Assembly: GCA_002256025.1 (NCBI GenBank)
Contig: NKIB01014621.1
Location: forward strand, 1 to 41,996
DNA from: Asterionella formosa
Taxonomy: Eukaryota
DNA: 41,996 nt
Direction: 5' to 3'
Shown here: one piece after another, positions 34,401 to 41,996 of the stretch
How positions within the stretch are numbered: position 1 is the first letter of the stretch
How the letters are laid out: each line of letters opens with the position of its first letter
Notes under the pieces: generated by a model
The model's database searches: none
Told to the model about the DNA's origin: nothing
What the model saw: the letters and a program-made list of their open reading frames with translations, nothing else
Made by a program: the position numbers and the translations under genes

Positions 34401-34959
34401 CTCCTGACCATCCGAAAAACTGTGACCAATAAATAAAAATAATCAAGATTGGCATGTAAAAATTCTGTAGGACCTCTTCGTTGGACGTCAGCATCTGAAA
34501 GCAGTCTTGATATAGATTCAGCAATGCGTTTTGCAGTTATAATACAGTCATGTACCGGTATTCTACATGTGATGCAGATGTCCGATATGGGTAAGAAATA
34601 CTGGAGGAGCAATCTAGCAGATGTGAAGAGGCATGACTAAGTAAAAAGACGTAAAAGATTGAGGAAAAGTGAGGATCATAAATCTCTAAATTCCTCATCA
34701 GTTGCAACTAATATTAGTTTACTAAAAAAGGAAAATTCATCAGCATGAAGAATGTAAGTACTAAGTGACGAGCTTCAACGAAATATGTGCGAGCCGACAT
34801 GCTGCGATTTTGGCGAATAACATCATCACTAGGACAAAATTAGGAAGCGGAGAAAGATTCGATTTTCATGTCATCGTCAGATTCAATGATGATTGGTTTC
34901 ATTTTTAAGTGTACGATTTATCAGTCAAACTAACTCTCATCGCTCCTCCCAATTAGTTT

Positions 34960-36131
34960 ATGCCCCTCTTGTTGACCCTTCTTTGGTTGAGGAGTGCCTT
35001 TTGCGCTCCCAGCCCTCGAGAACTCTAGACACGCGCATTGTTGGAGGCTATCCAGCCGCAAAAGGCAGATACCCTTACTTCACCGCAGTTCAATTTTTGG
35101 AAGCCAGCAGACCTGGGTACTATACATCGTGTGGTGGTACATTGATCGCTCAAGATATTGTCCTCTGTGCTGCTCATTGCTACGATTCGGCAAACTTTTA
35201 TCTTGCAAGAAGCTTTGTCAGGGTGGGCATCGAAAATACAGTAGTCACTACTGGCTACTATCAGGCCTACATGGAAAAGGTCATTCCTCATCCGAGTTAC
35301 AATAGTTCTACTAACAAGAACGATGTTCTTGTCATCAAGCTCAAGACAGCCATTACTCAAGTCGCCCCTGTTGCTTTGAATACCAACAGTGCTGTGCCTG
35401 CAGTGGGTGCTGCCGAGATTGTATTTGGATTTGGTACAACATCATTTGGAGGGAGGTACTCGGATGTGTTGCTCGAAGTAGGCCAGAATGCCGTGAGCTA
35501 TACAACTTGCAACAATTATCATGGTAACATTTTCGATGCAGGAATGACCTGTTCCTACATTGCCGGAAAAGATTCATGTCAAGGGGACTCAGGTGGTCCA
35601 CTCATTCTAGGTGGCAGCAGCAGTGCTGCCACTGATATTCAAGTGGGCATAGTGTCCTTTGGAGACAGATGTGCAAAAATCGGTGTTCCTGGTGTATACA
35701 CACGAGTGAGCTATTACACAGCGTGGATTCAGAGTCAAATTTGTCTCTGGTCGTCATTCAAGCCCGCAACTTGCACCTCAACAACAAATGCTCCAACATC
35801 AGTGCCAACCCAGGCTCCAGTAACTAGCAAGCCAACTAGTTTTCCTACCATCAAGCCCACGAGCAAGCCAACAACGAGCAAGCCAACTAGTTTTCCTACC
35901 ATCCAGCCCACAAGCAAGCCGACTGCACCACCAAGTCAAATCCCAGTATCACCACCAGTCACACCACCATTCACACCACCATTCACACCACCATTCACAC
36001 AACCATTCACACAACCATTCACACAACCATTCACACAACCATTCACACAACCATTCACACAACCAGTCACACCACCATTCACACCACCATTCACACAACC
36101 ATTCACACAACCAGTCACACAACCAATTTAA
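34960..36131 (+). pseudogene. Trypsin-like serine protease with Pro/Thr-rich tail; signal peptide uncoupled by a 2-nt insertion (pseudogene or sequence error)
   Basis: The ATG 34960 frame MPLLLTLLWLRSAFCAPSPREL hits TAG at 35026-35028 (gaactctagac vs gaactagac in copy 1). The other frame has an intact IVGG, AAHC, NDV, DSCQGDSGGP, GIVSFG, PGVYTRVS and a PT-rich tail. The ORF-track start at 34893 is a TTG. Confidence 0.8.
35955..36128 (+). repeat. 12-bp coding minisatellite (PFTP/PFTQ/PVTP), about 14 units
   Basis: cca(t/g)tcacac(c/a)a tandem units. Confidence 0.93.
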
Positions 36132-39100
36132 TCACCAGTACAACCGCCTGATACACTACCAGTCACACCTCCCATGCACGCCAACAAACTTTGTCAGTTA
36201 CCCAATTCATTGGCTTGCTAGCATCATCAGCATGGGTGGTAAAACTGAGAAGGATATCTGAAGTGAGCATAACAAGCAAGGAAGAAGTACATTCTTTTGA
36301 TCCTAGACATGAAAATAGATATGTCATGTCAAAATAATATATTTTAAACAAATATTCCGTCTTTCAATAAAAGAACCAAAGTTAAGAATGAATTAAGATG
36401 AGAATGCATATGAAAAGGGTCTAGCGTGAGGAATCATGAATCTAGTAGCTAGTACTGGGGAAGGGGATGCTGCCTCCTAGGTGGTTTCCATATGTACCAG
36501 GTAGCACCCGTCCTTCTATGGCTGGGCATGTACACTTTGCACATGGTACAACTAATCCTATGGTATTACTGTTATAGTAAGCATTGTGTTAGTAACGGTT
36601 GTTGTTTATGCATGTGAACATGTCGAATTATTTGGTGTTGTAATTACCATGGTCATGCATGTATGTTAACATACCAGTAGTTATGATGTATTACTAGTGC
36701 CACGTATCTATGTATGAATACACATAGCAATGACAGGTGCATTCAGATCTTCATGGTGAAGTGTGAAATTTTATTGTCATTTTCAGCTAGACTTCAGTAA
36801 TCACATGGGCATACAGCATGGTGATTTATGATTTTATGCTCGAAAAAAGTCAATCAGTGCTTGGAAAAAAGCTTCTGCTGGTGATAATCAGTAACTAACA
36901 GGTGCATTGAGACAATTTACACAGGACTCTGTCAAGAATATAGCATCAAGGACTGTGGACTCGACTATAGTCCAATGAGTCAAATGGTGCGTTCCCATGT
37001 CAAGAAGCTAGCTAACAAGATTGACGTTTTAGATCAATCAGAAGAAGGTTTACATCAACAAAAAGGGAGCACGAAGAACAGGTTCTCAAAATGTGATGAA
37101 TGAAATTGAAACTAAGTTTTAGTTTAAGCTTATAATTAAAAAACAGCGAGAATTGACAGAGTAAGGACAATAAAGAAAAGTAGCACAAAGGCCAGGAGCA
37201 AAAGATAACAGTTCTAATAGTACAACAGGGAAGTCCTATGTAAGAGGATACCCGTCAGACAGGGAGGAGTGCGTGACCTTTTAACATGCTTTAATGTGAT
37301 ACTTTCAGGCTATAGGCTACTCAGGAACAATGGGAAGTGACAAAGACATGACTGGGAGGTTGATGACATTTGATGGGCAGGAAGCCAAGATAATTTCATA
37401 TGTGCGTGGAATGCAAAGTTTGTCGCATACATGTGCTCTAAGAACTTTCAAGAAATACTCAAACAGTGACAAACTATTAAGAGGTGAGAAAGACCTAAAG
37501 GGCAATACAATCATGCTGTCTGATGCTGACGAGAAATGCATCCAAAGGAGTAACACAGTTGCCTCCGCAAGTTTGATAATGGCATCATCTGCAAATAGAA
37601 ACCATCATATTCGTGTGATGAATTATATAATGACAATCATATGATCACATAAATTCGATTTATCATCTAATATGTCTAATAGTTATTGTCATAGAGAAAA
37701 TTGTAAATATAAATGTTTTGTTACGTGTATTCATGAATGTTTACCATCACTGGCTGCAACCATTGCTCAGAAACCGCTCAATCTGAATTTGAATCATTTG
37801 TGTTGCACTAGGACAGACATACATGGGTACTACATGTAATCATTTGTTCCTATCTATTGTTTAGAAGACATGATAGATATTCATATATGTGTATGAATGT
37901 ATAAGACTGCTTGTGTCTGGGTACTGATATTGTGTCTTTGTTTGATGTTGTGTCTTTGTATCATCTTGTGTACCAGTAGGAGTCCCTATATGTTGCACAG
38001 AGATATTTTTGTATGTAAACGTATAAATATATAATTTATATAGCACATGAGTACTAGCCTCGCTTCAGGATCGTAGGCACTATGCTCCATGGCCCAGATA
38101 AAAGGGTGGTGGACGATTGTATGGTGGTGGTCACTCCCTTGTGGAGGAGTCAGGTACAAATAATTTGTGCTGTCTTTGGTCTCGTTCCTAACCGAGAGAA
38201 CCGCATATCCTGTATGCCGGTCAAGGCCCTGGATCTTAAATTTCGATTGTTTTAATAGAACCCTCTGTTTGCGTGGAGAAATGCCATAATCGGGCTTGTT
38301 TTCCTTCCTGTTTTCTTTAGCCATTAATAATGTACTTAATGTCGTTTGTCCCTTCTCTGCAAATTTCCGTGAAGCAGCTACTAGAAAATCGGCCTGCTCT
38401 AGGAATCTTCTCTTTTTGTGCAGTATTGAGTTCAATAGTATCTCTCTTGGTCTGTATTGAAAATATATATGGTGTCTCGATGACTGAAGTCACCTTTTTT
38501 CCCATAAAGTTTTCAGATCCTCTCGTTTTGTGCCGATAGTGCTATTGTTGAGTTCCTATCCTCATGTAGCTCATCATTCCTGGTTTCCAATGATTCTATA
38601 GTGATTTTCCAATGTTGCAATTGTTGCAATATTGCCGTGCGTTCCCACCTGCTACTCTGATCCTGTGTTGTCACTCCCATCAGACTGTTGGCTTGGCTTA
38701 CCGCATTTCGCCAAAACGTTGCTTAGCCTAGAACCTAGTTGCTGTTGATGTGTGACAGCCTCTATCATAGCTTTCCTTATTGCTGCTGATAATTGTGAAG
38801 ATATCGTTGGCATGAAATCCCCTTCTTTGCCTTGAAATAAGTGATTTGTACTCTCAATCCAAAATTTGGTGATATCTCTTGCTGCTTATATGAGGTAGAT
38901 TTTCGATGTTAGTGATGTGAGCCTGATTCTTTGGTTGTAAACAACTGAGCAATATGTTCATTGTTTTTTTGAGATCACGTTGGAGATATTCATCTTTTCC
39001 ATCATAGATCAGTTTTTGGGCGGCGGTTGCTTGATGGAAGCCATCCATGAAGAAATTTGGTGAGAAATGTTTTCGTTACATGTGTTTGTGATTTGTATGC

Positions 39101-41339
39101 TCCCTCAAAGCTGTCCCAATCCAGATCCTTCATTATTTCAGGTATTAACATAAATATTTTTCGAAATGAATTTTGTAGCATTTGTGTTTTATGACTAACA
39201 TGATTTTCCCTGCTGCTTGACCATGGACTCTTTTACCATCTATCAGCAGACTCGCCCCCATGGCATGAAACTTGCATACCATGGTGATATGACCAATTGG
39301 TAATGATATGGTGGAAGTTGAACCTATGGATTCATGAAAGACTGACAGCTGTTACCAGTAGTATATCTTACAGAGAACAAATTAGTAGAGTTAAACATTT
39401 GGTAAACATTTTATCTCTGTGTAGGGCAACAAAATGGATTTGTTATGATTTGCACAGCAGCTGTTAATGCAATAGTGTTCCCCCTTTTTACTAAGATCAA
39501 GTGTAGTAATTAATGTCTATTGTTAAAGTCAGGAGCCACTCTTGCAGACTATTATATCTTCTTCTCTATGATCAATTTGATGAAACAAAAAAGGTTTTAG
39601 TAACCACAATGATGAAATAACCACACCAACAAAGCCCATTGTCTTGAAAAGTCTCATGGACACCAATTCCATGTATCCACAGTAGAACACATATGCCCTG
39701 GCAAAGAAATTCAAATGGCAAGTCAGAGTAAAGAATGGAATTCCCATAAACCCAGGCTGATTAGGAATCTGACTAAGAATGGATGAGCAAAGTATGGCCA
39801 GGGAAACTCAATAGCACTTTGCTTGTATCCAAAGTATACTGCGAAACGGCAAGTGGCTTGCCCTTGAATACTGTCTTGTAGCAACAAAGCAAGTGGTAAC
39901 GTAGCTATCAAGCAATCACTCCTGTGGTAACACATAGAAGCAATACTTCCATGAGAAGTGCTCCATGGTTAGCTGTGGATTGGGGTCCTGCTGTAATGAC
40001 TGTATTTTACTGTTCTCATCATCATCGTTATCTTCCAATGACTCAAAGGTGTGCGCAAATTGAAAAAGGCTTCCATTTCAATGTATCTCATTTGCGGTTC
40101 GACACGACTGATATAGTATTGTTTTCTGTGTAGTTCATGGGGTTCAAAGGTAAAAGTCGCTCTTGATTTTGTGGAAAGACTCCCATTCGTAACGTCCTTC
40201 CAATGGAAAAGGTCAAGTCAACTTAGCCCACCACCCCAAGAGGATACAAGGCAACAAACAAGCGGACTTGATGACATACTGTCAATTTAGACCAAATGGC
40301 TCATCCTGCAAACCAGACAAAGGCCATCTCGTCCTGAGACTGGTATAATACCACACCCAGCCCCCATGAGAGCGAAAAAGTATGCCAATGGCGGTGTGGT
40401 GAACCAGTAGCACCGGAAGCCATCATGACATTATTTGATCCTTCCTCATTATGAATGATGACTGCTTGGATGCTCTCTGATATGCACAATTTACCAGTAG
40501 ATAGAAGGGATTCTTACATAATATTCCTGCGGCTCAGTGGCACATGCATGTCTTTCTCCTCGTCGCATATAAAGCATTTCGGAAGCTTGTGAGCAGTTGA
40601 AGGGCTAGTTGGCCTTGGGTAGATGTGCTTGTGGAATAGGAGCGCCGATGCAAGCACACACACCTTTTCAACTCAGTGTTTGTTCAGAAACGGAAAGAGG
40701 AGAAACAGCGCCAGACGAGAGTTACCATCTGTCAAATCATGACGTTTGTTGCACAACTGCTTTTATAGCACAAATTCTTTGGAGTATCCCAAGTTGCAAG
40801 AGCCATCCTTCAGGGCAGCAGCAGAAATGAGGAATGAGTTGATGGGATGGTGGTAAATTCTGGGTATATATGTCAGGGTGTCTCAGGCGTATGCTCAACG
40901 GGGAAACCGTTAGGTGTATTCCTGCGAGGTCTGTCTTGTGACATGCAGGCGCCTGGTACTAGCGGCCTGTATGACCAGCGTGCATTTTGGTCATCCTTGA
41001 GTGGGTAATCCTTGTCTGGAATATGTCGAGTTTTTCCCATCCAACAAGTTGTGTTGGATATTGCTTTGTGATTACTTCTTTTATGTGGTACCCTTCGATA
41101 GCGCTAATTGCAACATTAGGTTCAGTATTCTCCCCATCGCCTGTTTGATAGGAGAATTAGTCGGTTTATCAGACCCACGTAGCCTCTTCAGTAGCCTTCA
41201 TCGGTTGATTGTTGTAATATTCGAAGGGAAAACTGCTGGCCAGCAAGCAACGTTTGTTTCGGCGTTCTGGGAGTCCGCTTTTGCGCATCGTTGTTCAGTG
41301 TTGGGGTCATTATCATCATGTCATCAAGAACCAAGCAGA

Positions 41340-41996
41340 GGGTTCGACAGGGTGGTAGGGTCTCGAAGCGTGTCATTGCAGCTCAACGAGCAACAAGAGC
41401 GCAAATTCGAGCAGCCCAGGGAGAAGATGAGCTTCTGGAGCCGCCAGATGACATCGTTGAGGTGGAAGGAGTTGGGGGAATGCGGCCTGAAGTGATTCAG
41501 GAGGTCCGATTCCCCGCACCAGACCTGCAGGCAAGCAATTGGAGTCAGAGTGACAGTTCCTCTGGACCGGCAGACAACCCCAGCGATAGCTCAGGCGATA
41601 GTGGAGGCAACGAAAGCGACGATGATGATGACGATCCATCGGGCATTTCAGTTGGTGATCAACTTGCCATGGCGCAAGTGTTCATTGAGTTTAATGGTGT
41701 GTTGGCAGAGCCGCAATTTCGAGAGAAATTGATCACCTTTGGACTCACCCCAGCCCAAGCAGATATCGTGATAGAGAATGGGGCGGTCTCAGCGAAATCT
41801 TTTGCACGCCTTTTCGATAAAGATGCCTTGGACAAACTCTTTCATTATGAAGGGTTGACAGGACTTCGAGTCCTGGTTATTCAACGCATTAGGGTTTTAC
41901 ATCGATGGCTTCGACAGCAACAAGAGGCAGGTAGGAACCTTGGCCTCGTGAATCTCACCAAGTTTGATGATGACGCTCTCGCATCTTTACTCGATC
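41340..41996 (+). pseudogene. Possible decayed LTR-retrotransposon gag N-terminus, running off the window
   Basis: GC-richer, coding-like sequence: FGLTPAQADIVIENG...VIQRIRVLHRWLRQQ...TKFDDDAL resembles diatom Copia Gag N-termini by eye. Stops upstream. Confidence 0.4.

Noticed and set aside
34893..34959. ORF-track N-terminus of trypsin copy 2
   Set aside because: TTG start with no signal peptide; the paralog shows the real start is ATG 34960 in another frame.

Overview
Eukaryotic, AT-rich, transposon-dense DNA, most likely from a diatom or related stramenopile. This assignment is inferred from CoDi-type Copia motifs, a Crypton-like recombinase, short GT-AG introns and the CK1 sequence. Host genes: an intronless, secreted plant-type LRR protein with 24 repeats (2478-4451), a spliced casein kinase I (about 9720-10850), and two duplicated trypsin-like protease genes, each with a different lesion (28235-28880, 34960-36131). 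The rest is largely nested, decayed mobile DNA. It includes three or four Copia remnants, a full-length decayed Gypsy (15799-20571, CCAGG TSD) tail-to-tail with a second partial copy, two non-LTR remnants, a Crypton-like tyrosine recombinase, a PIF/Harbinger, Kolobok elements (one TTAA-flanked with perfect 23-bp TIRs) and TIR elements. Most notable: (1) a two-copy tRNA-Ala-derived SINE-like family, one copy with a perfect 16-bp TSD; (2) the LRR array, with a near-invariant DNA scaffold, hypervariable exposed positions and mosaic repeats; (3) recurrent TA-flanked CCTGG micro-insertions that also serve as landing sites for LTR elements; (4) an array of 36/39-nt micro-exon-like cassettes at 14.7-15.4 kb. 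All calls were made by eye; no searches were run.
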